Positions 24,791 through 37,884 of a stretch of DNA of 64,000 nucleotides are shown in pieces. The first letter of the stretch is position 1. Each line of letters starts with the position of its first letter. Under the pieces are notes generated by a model. That model was not told where the DNA came from. It saw only the letters and a program-made list of their open reading frames with translations, and did no database searches. This stretch comes from Octopus sinensis (lineage: Eukaryota): NCBI RefSeq assembly GCF_006345805.1, contig NC_042998.1:54250001-54314000 (forward strand), in the 5' to 3' direction. A program made the translations under genes and the position numbers.

Positions 24791-27279
24791 AAGCCTTGTT
24801 AGTGGATTTGGTTGATGGAAACAGAAACAAGCCCTTCATATGTGTATATGTGTTACTGTCTCTTTGCCTTGGCTTTGCATGACAGCCGTAAGCAAGAGCT
24901 ATCATACAAGTAATGTCTTTCTTTCAATACTTTTGTGTAGACATGTCAGGTCATGAGGAAATATTACTTTCCATGGAAACAGTTAAGTGCTGGTGACAGA
25001 AAGGACATCAAACTATAGAAAATCTGCCTCAACAAACTCTGTCCAGCCCATGTGAGCATGGAAATGTGAACCTTAAAATGATGATGATGGTGGTCAGAAT
25101 TCACATGTGACACACATATTTTTTACTGTTGTCCTCAGAATAAAGACACTAGTCAGAATACATCAGTATACTAAGGCCTTACATATACTAAGGTCATGTC
25201 TGACCTTACATTTACACATATATGCACAAATATGGGCAAGATTACATGAAGGAAGCCTGGGAGTTGCTCATGCATGCACACTTCTTCATCTTTATGCTAC
25301 TCGTCCTTATCTAAGGGAAATTCTATACACTCAGGCAGATACAATTTGTCACTAGAGTCAGAATGCCAAAAGCTAGAAGAGGTACCACAAGACATCTTGT
25401 TTGATTCTCTAATAGTTCTAAGCAAGCCACCAAACTGTACTGGTACTTTTTTTATTTACTCTAAAAGAATAACAAATTAAGTAGATCTTGGTGGAATTGA
25501 ACTCTGAGCACAGAAGGTTGGAACAAATATTAGGAAGCATTCTATCCGATGCTGCAATGTCTCTGCCATTCTGCCATCTTCTGTTTCAGTGTATAACTGA
25601 AACTACATTTTTCAGGAAGATCAGAGTCATATAAATTTGAACCATCAGTGTTTTGGATTGTGCATTCCTTTCTCCCATAGAACTAGAAGTCAAAAATTGT
25701 ACAAACAAATGAGGAAACCCAAAAATAGGCACAGGCATGGCTATGTGGTAAGAATCTTGCTTCACAACCACATGGTTCTGTGTTTGGTCTCACTACACGA
25801 CACCTTGGCCAACCAAAGCATTGTAAGTGGATGTGGTAAATAGAAACTGAAAGAAGCCTGTCATATATCTATATAGATATTTGTTCGACTAAAATGCAGA
25901 GCCCCAACATGGTCACAGTCAAATAATTGAAACAAGAAAAAGATAAAAGAGATTCAAAGAATATGCTATTATATAGAGCAAGAATATATTTGTGCTGGAA
26001 GAGCTCTACCATTCACATTTGTAAATAGCTGTGTTACTTATAAAGTTTTGCATTCTACTACTTCACCTGTTTTCTCATTTTTTTTTAAAGATGGTAGGGT
26101 GTAATTTTGAGGGATGTTAAGCAGCTATATCTAACAAGTAGAGAGATCAGACAGAGGTTCCCTCACTAGCTGGTAGGAATGCATAAGTTGTAATTACAGT
26201 TGTCACAGTAACAGCATGTCATGTTACAGATATCATAATCTTGTTGCAACATCATTTTAAAAACATGAAGATAGCAAAAATGGCTTTAACCAGGTTTCAG
26301 AAAGAAATGCTGAAACTTGCTAATTGATACCTTTCATAATGTTGTCAACAGAAATAATTAGATAATTTTCTGAATTTCAAAGAGATGCTGGGTGACATGG
26401 AAAAAATATCAAAAAAGAAAAAAAAAAACCCCTGGGCGATTAGTTCTTGTTCAAAGTCAATAATTCCTAGCTCTTGTATTCGAATTAAGGATAGCATTAA
26501 GTTTCTTTCATCATAGGCTGAGAATAGCAAAACTAGGATGTCTTGTAATTTCTAAAGATGACAGATGAAACATCATCATTGATCTCTCTGAAACTCTAGA
26601 AAGATCTTGCTTAATCATGGACACACCCTAGCTTCAATTTTTCAACACAACAACCTATTAAATCATGATACTTGATTTCTTTGTGCTCAGACAACTCCAT
26701 CACTGATGCGTGTGTTGGGTATTTCATAGTCTGGGAAACAGAAACAAGCCCTTCATATGTGTATATGTGTTACTGTCTCTTTGCCTTGGCTTTGCATGAC
26801 AGCCGTAAGCAAGAGCTATCATACAAGTAATGTCTTTCTTTCAATACTTTTGTGTAGACATGTCAGGTCATGAGGAAACCCTAACCCTGATTTAACCCAT
26901 CAACATTCAGATCACTCGGTCAAATATAATGCTTATTTATTAGCATTGTTGTGAATCAATCACACATTGTCTTTTCTCTTCAGGATTTCAATGAAGTGAT
27001 TCTTTTAATCTTTTCCTTGTTTCAGTCATTAGACAATGGCCATGCTGGGGCACTGCCTTGAAGAGTTCTTAGTTGAAAGAAACAATCCCAGGACTTGCAT
27101 ATTTCTAAAGCCTGGTACTTATTTCATAGATTTCTTCTGCCAAACTGCTAAGTTATAGTTATGTATATATGTATGTATGTATGAATATATATATATATGT
27201 ATAAAAGAAATACCTGAGATTCAGTTGAAGCACCAAGTCAGTCCGGTATTATCCGCACACCTCAATGTAAGGTGAATAA

Positions 27280-27477
27280 AATCGAAATAAGTAACAGTAT
27301 ATCAAGTAGCAATGCAGTATGATTGTTTCAAGTGGCTCGATTTAATTGAACAATGCAATCATTACATCAATTTAAATGCAATTAAATTGTTGTAATGATT
27401 GCATTCTTCAATTAAATGAAGCTGATTGAAATGGTCATACTGTATCACTACTTGATATCCTGTTGCTTATTTTGATT
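27280..27477. repeat. Imperfect fold-back with 96-bp arms and a 6-nt loop
   Basis: 27280-27375 aligns without gaps to the reverse complement of 27382-27477, roughly 80% identity by eye. Confidence 0.8.
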
Positions 27478-27479
27478 AT

Positions 27480-27590
27480 ATATATATATATATATATATG
27501 GACAGATATGTATGTATGTATATATATGTACATATATGTATGTATATAGGTGTATATATATGTGTGTGTGTGTTTGTGTGTGAGAGGACA

Positions 27591-27634
<44 letters not shown>

Positions 27635-28421
27635 TAGAAAGAAATATTCAACTGCAATTCTCTATACATTTTCACACCAGTTCCATGTTTCCATATAGGA
27701 ATACCCCAGGAAAAAAAAAATTATATAATGTTCAATAGGATAAGAGCAGATTGGATTGAGAATAAATACATTTCTCGGAATTAGATTTGGAGGTATAATT
27801 TTGTTTCTATAGGATTATGAATATACAACAGCCTGCATGTCAAGGATAACTAACTAGTGGATGGCATTTGAATCACTGTTGACAGAAGATATGAATAACA
27901 ACAGAACTTAGAGTGTAATTCAATTTTACTGTTCTGTATTTTTGGTGGTGCGAGTAGACTTACGAAACCTTAATTTTTTTTATATTTTATATATTTTAAA
28001 AATAGTACTATCAAAATGAAAATATGGTGTAGAATGAAAGCAAAGCCTGCCAGATAATCTAAAAATATCTTAGTTCTAAATTTTCAATCATTTTTACTGA
28101 CATGCAATGTTTTATTGCTCTGAAATTGTTAATGCTCAATATATATGTAAGAATATCAACATCAATGATATAAGGCTATGTTTAGAAATTCTGTGATTTT
28201 GTGGATATTCTGGATCCTATTTTGACAATTTCTATTATTGTTTATATGTTCATGTGTATATACATAAGTATGAATGCCTATATGTATATGTGCATGTATA
28301 AATGTATATATATATATATTATATATATATGGACAGATATGTATGTATGTATATATATGTACATATATGTATGTATATAGGTGTATATATATGTGTGTGT
28401 GTGTTTGTGTGTGAGAGGACA

Positions 28422-28463
<42 letters not shown>

Positions 28464-29128
28464 TAGAAAGAAATATTCAACTGCAATTCTCTATACATTT
28501 TCACACCAGTTCCATGTTTCCATATAGGAATACCCCAGGAAAAAAAAAATTATATAATGTTCAATAGGATAAGAGCAGATTGGATTGAGAATAAATACAT
28601 TTCTCGGAATTAGATTTGGAGGTATAATTTTGTTTCTATAGGATTATGAATATACAACAGCCTGCATGTCAAGGATAACTAACTAGTGGATGGCATTTGA
28701 ATCACTGTGACAGAAGATATGAATACAACAGAACTTAGAGTGTAATTCAATTTTACTGTTCTGTATTTTTGGTGGTGCGAGTAGACTTACGAAACCTTAA
28801 TTTTTTTTATATTTTATATATTTTAAAAATAGTACTATCAAAATGAAAATATGGTGTAGAATGAAAGCAAAGCCTGCCAGATAATCTAAAAATATCTTAG
28901 TTCTAAATTTTCAATCATTTTTACTGACATGCAATGTTTTATTGCTCTGAAATTGTTAATGCTCAATATATATGTAAGAATATCAACATCAATGATATAA
29001 GGCTATGTTTAGAAATTCTGTGATTTTGTGGATATTCTGGATCCTATTTTGACAATTTCTATTATTGTTTATATGTTCATGTGTATATACATAAGTATGA
29101 ATGCCTATATGTATATGTGCATGTATAA

Positions 29129-29160
<32 letters not shown>
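27480..29160 (+). repeat. Tandem duplication with an offset of about 831 bp
   Basis: ggacagatatg occurs at 27500 and 28331. The copies differ by single-base indels and microsatellite lengths. Confidence 0.92.
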
Positions 29161-29167
<7 letters not shown>

Positions 29168-29199
29168 TATATATATATATCCACTCATGCCAGCATGGA

Positions 29200-29500
<301 letters not shown>

Positions 29501-29903
29501 CACGTGTGTGTGTGTGTGTGTGCATGAATATGTATACATATATCTTTCACATGTTACGACCATGCTGGGGCTCCATATTCAAGAATTTTTAGTTGAATAA
29601 ATCAAATCCAGTACCGTTTTGTTAAGCATGGTACATATTGTATTGCTCTCTTTTGTTGATCTGCTTAGTTACAGGGATATAAACATACGAACAATGGTTG
29701 TCAAGTAGTGGTGGGGGACAAATACAGATACAACACACACACACATTGAGGAGCTTCTTTCAGTTTCCATCTACTAAATCCACTCTCAAGACTGGTCAAC
29801 CTGCGCCTTTAGGAAAAGACACTTGTATAAGGTGCCACACAATGGGATTCAACTCACAACTGTGTGGTTAGGAAGCAAAATTCTTACCATACACCATTTT
29901 AAC

Positions 29904-29952
<49 letters not shown>

Positions 29953-30524
29953 TATATATATGTATATATATGTATGTTTGTGAGTCGGGTGTTTGTGCCC
30001 CCCACCATTGCTTGACAATCAATGTTGGTGTATTTACGTTTCCGTAACTTAGCAGTTCAGCAAAAGTGACCAATAGAAAAAGTACTAGGCATACAAAGAA
30101 TAAGTCCTGGGGTCGATTTGTTCAAGTAAAGGTGGTGCTCCAGTATGGCTGCAGTAAAATTACTGAAACAAATAAAAAAATTTTTTTTTTTTTAAATATC
30201 GTCGTCATCATATCATTTAACATCTGCCTTCCATGCTAACATAGGTGGGACAGTTTCACAAGAGCTGGCCAGGCAGAAGCCTGCACCTGATTTCTGTGAC
30301 TATTTTGGCAGGATTTTGACAGCTGGAAGCCCTTCCTAACACCAACCACTCATATATATATGTAAATTTCAAACTATGAGAATGAGTGCTTAACAGTGCA
30401 TTGGTGGATAAAATTTCTTTATTCGTGTAGAAAAACTACCATTGGTTTCATGTGAAAAAAATACCTTAATATCTTGACAAGTTTTCAAGCTGATCACATA
30501 AAGAAATGATGTTCATATGTGTGT

Positions 30525-30571
<47 letters not shown>

Positions 30572-30585
30572 TACACATACATACA

Positions 30586-30803
30586 TAGAGTTGGCCAAAA
30601 GTCACCCGACAGTAAATCAAAATTCCATAAGTACTTTAATATTCAATTTTATTTATTCATTCCAAATATGAATGTTTAATAATTGAATGCTGTGAGATAA
30701 AAATCACTGTGTATTTCGATGCTTTTATTAAATCAATTTAGTTGTTTAACATAAATATAAATCTTGGAACTTGATTTACTGCCAGGTGACTTTTGGCCAA
30801 CCC

Positions 30804-30805
<2 letters not shown>
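30586..30805. mobile_element. Tc1/mariner-type MITE
   Basis: About 35-bp TIRs: tagagttggccaaaagtcacccgacagtaaatcaa / ttgatttactgccaggtgacttttggccaacccta. Confidence 0.8.
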
Positions 30806-30835
<30 letters not shown>

Positions 30836-30866
30836 ACACACACATACATACATACATACATACACA

Positions 30867-30905
<39 letters not shown>

Positions 30906-30972
30906 GTATATATATGTATATATATATATATATAGATAGAGATATATAAATGTATATATATGTATATGTATA

Positions 30973-31019
<47 letters not shown>

Positions 31020-31784
31020 TAGTCAGCTTATTCTCTGTACAAGAGTTTATGTTTTCAATTACCATGTATAATTCTGAAGATGAGTCTGTTGGTTTCCATA
31101 CCTGTACCATTCTATATATATAGGCATATACAAACATATACATTTATTTATATATGTGTGTATATGTATACTTTATATAAATGTAACATCTATTGATCTA
31201 TTATATAACTAACAAGATTATGAAATGGTTGTAAACATATGGAATAAACCTCTACCCCTTCACATCATTTCTCATATCTATTCTACATATATTGTGGACC
31301 ATGTTCTCCCTCTTGTGTATGGTTGTTGTATACCACAACATATTTTAAACATCATGATCTTTGCAAGATAAATGATTTCTCTTCGTTTAGTTTCTGTTTA
31401 TCTCACAGCAAAATCAGAGAAAGTTCCAAATAAAAGCTGGCAGCTAGTCTACCAAGAAGCTGAGTGATAGCTTAAGTTTGTGGCTACAATAGGAAACACA
31501 TACTGATCCAAAGACACACAATAAGAGCAACTAGCTGGATTTTGTACAATGAATTTCATATCCAATGGCAAATTCCGCTTCTGTTTATGAAAGCCATTTT
31601 ATAATTGAATGCTTACATGTTGGATATTGTTGAAGCAGTTATACAAGGCTTAGATATCTTATGGCATTCACAGGAGATCAGGAAGATGGGAATCAAAGCA
31701 AGCTGAGGTGAAAGCCGCAAGAGATTTTGCAACACGAATTTGAGATGCTTGTATGTAAGTATGTGTGTGTTGTATATATATATA

Positions 31785-31823
<39 letters not shown>

Positions 31824-31862
31824 TATATATGTACATACATCTATATATACATATAATATATA

Positions 31863-31893
<31 letters not shown>

Positions 31894-31917
31894 CATATAC
31901 ATATATGTACATACATC

Positions 31918-31949
<32 letters not shown>

Positions 31950-32198
31950 CATACATGATATACATACATATATATGTATACATACATATATATATCTTTA
32001 CACATATATATATTTATGTGTATATATATATGTGTGTGTGTGTATATATATATAAATCTGTATATTTATATATAAATATATATACAGATTTATGAATATA
32101 TATACACACTGATACACTTACATATATATGTATGTGCATATATAGGTGTGTATGTGTGTGGGTGGGTAGGTGTATGTATAAGTGTGTGTGTGTGTGTG

Positions 32199-32232
<34 letters not shown>

Positions 32233-33197
32233 GTATATATATATATGTGTGCCCATATATAGAATGATACAGGTATGGAAACCAACAGACTAATATATGT
32301 ATATATATACACACATACAAAACATAGATTCATAGACACACGCAGTTATCTGCACATGCACATATATGCACACACCCACACACATGCACATATTTCCACA
32401 TATTCATACATATGTGTATGTGTGTATACATCAGTCTATCACCTACACCTGAGCTCTAGGAATCTAGCCCTGTCAGCAAGGTTTGTAGTTAATTATCGCT
32501 GCTATGATTAGTTCAATGTCGTTTTTGATTCATAGGTGTGTTAGCAGCTTGCCACTACTGTTGATGTCACCTTTTAAATAAATGCTACTGTTGATCATTT
32601 CGAGATAAGTAAGAAGAGCTTTGAAAAGATGGTATCTCTTTGTCTGACGATCTTATTGACTAGAATTCATACAAGTGATAATTGCAGAGCTACATAGGTG
32701 GTACATACTCATTGGTTACTTTCACTCATTTTAGCTTGCCAGTTGAAGTAGTTTACTAGGCTTTGACTGCTGTGTTGGTGTATGCAAACAGCTACTTGGA
32801 ACCACAAGTGAATGTTGGGTTTCAGGTGAAGACCAAAGTGGAGAAACCACCTTCCAGAGTGTAATGTGTTCTCCTGTCAAAGGTGCTATCTCGCCTTGGC
32901 ATACCCTACGCCCCAACAGAGAGCCAACAGGTATGTAACTTTGGTTCAATAAGGGGTTGCCTCCTCATACATGGTGGATTCTGTGGGAAGAAATCTTTGT
33001 GACTCAGTAGAGAGGAAGAGAGCTGCATAAATGCACTGTGGAGTACAAAAAGCAAGATGAGGCAAGCAAGACAGCTTGGTCACCCACTGCATGCTTCTTC
33101 ATCACTAGTTGTCTTGACCTAGTCTTGCTACTGGATTGAAGATGTTTTCAGATGAAAGAGTGAGACTGACAATGTGTAACTCTTCATCATTTTAAAC

Positions 33198-33548
33198 CAG
33201 TGGTTTTCAAGCAGGGTTCATATGGCCCCTGAGTTTCAATATAAGATTTTGATGTTGAAATTTATCTGCAATAAATTAGTTCTACTACTACAATACAGAA
33301 AATATTTTAACAATTATTTCTATGCAATTCCTGGGTCAATAAGGGGTTGCCTCCTCATGCATGTGAAGGCTGGATCTGGGACTCTGTGGAAAGAAATCTT
33401 TGTGACTCAGTAGAGAAGAAGAGAGCTGCATAAATTTAATTATATAAATATAAGAGGAATTTTTGAAACATTAAATGGCTAGGTAGGTCTATCTGAGTAA
33501 AATAGGAATTAAAGGGGCCCATAAGTATAAAACAGTTGAGAAATACTG
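33198..33548. mobile_element. hAT (Charlie-like) MITE carrying an internal copy of nearby sequence
   Basis: TIRs cagtggttttcaa / ttgagaaatactg; degenerate 8-bp TSD ttttaaac / ctttaaat. Homologous in reverse to 59333-59590. Confidence 0.7.
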
Positions 33549-33639
33549 CTTTAAATAAAGACACTATGCAAATTATCACCCATTTCCAGGATGGACAGAT
33601 GACCATTGTCATTTGACAGATGAACACAAGTGGTGGTAT

Positions 33640-33880
33640 ATCTAAAGTTCACCTTACTAAGAAGTTTGATGTATTGCACCTCAGCCCCTTGCATGTCCAG
33701 AAACCTTCAGCACTGCCTCCACCGCTATGCTACTGAAAACGTTTTCATAACCAGTGTAGGCAGTGTAAAAAATGCAGTTGATACTCTTTTTACTGCATTT
33801 GCTGTGTGCGAGTGAATGTGTGATATATTATGCAGTGGTTCTTCAGAAAAAACCTAGCTCCCTCGGGTGTTGGTAGTTGA
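33640..33880 (-). mobile_element. Very degenerate RTE-type reverse transcriptase remnant
   Basis: RELGFF...FYTAYTGYENVFSSIAVEAVLK resembles EQ.GFR...LY.AFIDYEKAFDS.E..AV. Confidence 0.4.
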
Positions 33881-34025
33881 GATGATGTGATAGTCTGGTA
33901 TCTATGAAGTTTGTAATCAACTAATAGAGGTGATACAGGCATATGTGGTAACAGTTTCTCAAATCATTCATATCATTCTCATTTGTGAGTTGTGTTTATA
34001 TGCACACCATACAAACACACATGTT

Positions 34026-34056
<31 letters not shown>

Positions 34057-34193
34057 TGTGTGTGTTTATATATATACACACACACACACACTAAACACAC
34101 CATTGTATTCCTTGTGTGAAACTAGTTGGTGAGATCAGCTGTGATGGATATATAATACTGTACATTTTGAATTATATATATACACACACACAC

Positions 34194-34196
<3 letters not shown>

Positions 34197-34224
<28 letters not shown>

Positions 34225-34272
34225 TGTATGTATGTATGTATGTATGTATGTATGTATGTATGTATGTATGTA
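34197..34272 (+). repeat. (TATG)n microsatellite
   Basis: Directly visible; abuts the left TA of the Tc1 element. Confidence 0.95.
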
Positions 34273-34455
34273 TATACAGGGGTTGGACAAAATAATGGAA
34301 ACACCTAGCATCATAATTTTGAAATGGCTAAAAACCATCAAAAGCTTGTTTATTTTATGTTTTTTAATTTATTATTAGTGATGCTTAATATGTTTTGCTA
34401 AAATTGCTGTTTCTTTTCAGATATCAAGAGAAAAAGGTAATTAAAATTCATTAAA

Positions 34456-35416
34456 ATGACAGATCTATCGGACTTTCAAACGGGTCAAATTGTTGGTGCT
34501 CATATGGCAGGTGCTAGCATAACGAAAACAGCTGAAATGTTTGGTATATCAAGAAGTACTGTCTCAAAAGTAATGACAGCCTTTGAGAAAGAGAGTAAAA
34601 ACCTCTTCGTCGAGACAAAACTCCGGAAGAAAACCAAGACTTTCAGATAGGGACTGTCGGATTCTTATACAAATTGTTAGAAAGGATCTCAAAAGTACAT
34701 TTCCCAAAATTACTGCAGAGCTTAATGACCACCTCAAGAACCCAGTTTCCACAAAAACTATTCACCTGGAGCTGTATTAAGCCAGATTTCATGGGAGGGC
34801 TGCAATCACAAAACCACTACTTTCAAAAACAAACGTTACAAAGCATTTAGAAACCTACAGAATTGGTCCCTAGAGCAGTGGAAGAATGTTATTTTCTTGG
34901 ACAAGTCATCCTTTACCTTATTTCCGACCACCGGCCAAGTATATGTGTGGAGACAGCCAAAAGAAGCATTTGACTCAGACTGCCTTCTTCTAACTTTTAA
35001 ATATGGAGGAGGTTCTGTGATGATTTGGGGGTAGCTATATCTTGGAAGTCCGGCAGCTCAATGGTTTCTCTTCATGGCAGAATTAATAGTCAAGACTATT
35101 TAAGCATTTTTCTGATCAAATTCATCCTATGGTTGTGGAACTGTTTCTGGAGGGAAATGCAATCTTTTTGGATGATAATGCACCAATTCACACAGCTAAA
35201 ATTGTTACTGAATGGCACGAGGAACATTCTAGTGAAGTTGAACATCTTATCTGGCCACCACAGTCCCCAAATTTCAATATTATTGAATATTTATCGAGCA
35301 TTTTAGAAAAACAAGGAGTCAATATACTCCACCATCATCACTACAAGAACTAGAGACAATTTTAGCTGAAGAATGGACAAAAATTCCTTTGGAATGTATA
35401 TATGTATGTATATATG

Positions 35417-35455
<39 letters not shown>

Positions 35456-35607
35456 TTTATTTAAAAACAGTTCGTCGGATGAATGGGAACATGAAACTCT
35501 GAGCAACAGCTTTTGTTATATTTCTGCAACTTTTAAATAAAGCATATTACTCTACCTCTGGTATCTGATTACTCTTTTTTCCACCTTGTTTCACATGTGC
35601 TTATACT

Positions 35608-35641
<34 letters not shown>

Positions 35642-35856
35642 CACTAACTGTCACTAGGGTGTAAAAAAAACACCTACATTGCTAGAAATAAGAGCTAAAC
35701 TGCTTTAATGCTGTAGTTAACGCACATGAATGAAAACATACACTAACAGAGACTGTAATTGTCCGAAAAATGCCTCAGAAAGACGTGTCAGTCTAAAGAA
35801 TACCTCATAGAATTCAAGCTGTAATAACTACCAAAAGCAGTCCTACTCCATATTAA
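34456..35856 (+). pseudogene. Disrupted Tc1-like transposase
   Basis: Runs from an HTH-like N terminus (MTDLSDFQTGQIVGA...GISRSTVSKV) through VIFLDKSSF, GGGSVMIWG and DDNAPIHTA...WPPQSPNFNIIE to IPHRIQAVITTKSSPTPY*. Frameshifts, stops and an insertion of about 400 bp. Confidence 0.88.
35472..35509 (+). ncRNA. Degenerate hammerhead-like motif (same family as 1111-1148)
   Basis: UCGU-CGGAUGA-AUG(GGAA)CAU-GAA-ACUC(U)GAGC-A/ACAG. U16.1C and U4G make it probably inactive. Confidence 0.5.
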
Positions 35857-35908
35857 AATACGTTTGTTTGAAATTTTAAGGTGTTTCCATTATTTTGTCC
35901 AACCCCTG

Positions 35909-35940
<32 letters not shown>

Positions 35941-36193
35941 CAAATGAGTATTAGGATGTAGCATAACATTACATTTATATATTTATATATATATAAAGTC
36001 ATAAATGACAGATAAATGGTCTGATGAAATTTTATTTAACCATAAAAAAACTCTAATATCAAGACAAATTGTTTCATAACTTGTGTTGTACAATATATTT
36101 TATATGTTCAATAATGATACATAAAAAGAACTTTTTTTATGAGTACTACCAAGTTACTTGAGTCCATATAGTGTGACTTAACTTTATAGACAA

Positions 36194-36230
<37 letters not shown>

Positions 36231-36376
36231 AACAACCTCGAACACACAAGTGCAAACAAGATAGACAGAGAAAGGCAGAAACAAGGAAAATGCCACTTAT
36301 ATTTGAACACTATACAAATATTCCTTTAAAAAAAACTTTACTTTTAATTTTTCTAAATTTAATTATTTAATCGTTA

Positions 36377-36414
36377 CAGTTGAAAAGGTCTCAAAATGAC
36401 TGAAACCGGTACTG
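36377..36414 (+). ncRNA. Degenerate hammerhead-like motif
   Basis: CAG-UUGAAAA-GGUC(UCAAAAU)GACU-GAA-AC(CG)GU-A/CUG. Palindromic stem III ACCGGU; two core substitutions (C3U, G8A). Lies in a segment bounded by (TA)n. Confidence 0.5.
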
Positions 36415-36462
36415 AAATGTTCTTTATAAAATTATTTTAGCATTTTCTATCTTGACTTGTTT

Positions 36463-36536
<74 letters not shown>

Positions 36537-37884
36537 AACAGAAAGGAGAGAGAGAAAAATATATACATACATTCGTACATTTAAGGAAAAATAACTGTTT
36601 TGGTGAAATCAGCAATTGGAAATATAAGGTGGACATTTATCAATATTTTGATGCCAGGATAATAAGTCTAGCCAGAGGGTAGCAAACCCTGTAATGAAAC
36701 CGTCATACAGGAATTGACAAGAACATAGCATAACAAATAGAAAGAATAGAGAAGGGGAGAGGTAGGAGAAGAGATAGGAGAAAGAGGAAGGAACAGAAAA
36801 TACATAAGGTTTGCAAAAATATATAGGTATGTATGGAATGAGAGACAGAGAAAGGAAGAGGAAGAGAGAAAGAGAAGAAGACAGAGAGAGAGAGACAGAC
36901 AGATAAGGAGACTGGTAATTAGAGAAGTATATGCATTTTGTTTTAACTAGTTCTTATATTGTTTATTGTTGAATTAATTTATAAGAAACATATGATTTAC
37001 TGGTGCACAAATGCATAAATGCATATGTGAATGCACACACACACACACACACTTAACTCAATATTTCTTTCCTGCCAGAGTTATCAACGAAATTAATGAC
37101 TTCACATTTGGTAATCCAGTGAACCTATTTATACATGCGCGCTTGTATGTATGGGGTTTCTTCTGAAATGAGGCCTAGACAGATCAGAGTTTAGAAGACA
37201 ATCACCTGATTCATTTCCCTCCAGCATCCACATACCCATCACTCAATATCTCTCACTACCCATTCTTATATTTTGAGTTCAAATTTCGCCAAGGTTGACT
37301 TTACCTTTCATCTTTTCAGGGTCAATAAAAGCGCCAGTTGAGCACTGGGGGTGGGGACTGATATAGTCGACTTAACCCTCCATCAAAATTGCTGGCCTTG
37401 TGCCAAAATGTGAAACCAATATCTCTCACTACCATGCAATACCATACTTCTTCAAGAACCTTCATATAATCATGATTTTACACTAAGATAGGAAAGGTTT
37501 CATCACCAACAGAAGTCACCACTACCTAGATAGACATCCAACCATTTTTCTTACGTTAGTTCCTATACTTACAAGTTGGTCACCACCTGTAGCCAGGATC
37601 AGTGCACTCAGGTGTGGGAAACATAGGCAACCTAATTAGAGCTGCAGGTAGTTGTTGTGACAGTATAGTAGTAGCTGAAATAATATAGGGAGGTGTAAGA
37701 AGATTAGAGAATTAGTAATCTGCAAGGAGTCCAGTACAGGGGGTCAAAACCATGCAACTTCTGCTTCCCAGGAAAATATGATAGTGTAGCAATATCTTTT
37801 CCTTCATTGCTATCTTCACTGTTTGAGAAGAGTATTAAGAATAATCTCGTTCAAGATTACAAACATCTTCGGCTAGTTTAACAT

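Larger units (their letters stand above)
34277..35908 (+). mobile_element. Near full-length Tc1-superfamily transposon with DD36E spacing
   Basis: Perfect 30-bp TIRs caggggttggacaaaataatggaaacacct (34277-34306 and 35879-35908) with TA on both sides. Internal disrupted transposase. Confidence 0.93.

Noticed and set aside
26879-26888. ccctaaccct telomere-like motif
   Set aside because: Fewer than two units, and adjacent to a MITE end beginning taaccc.
35760-35795. ccgaaaa...gaaagacgtgtcag possible hammerhead remnant (similar weak cases near 49745-49780 and 63825-63875)
   Set aside because: Too many core and stem mismatches to distinguish from chance.
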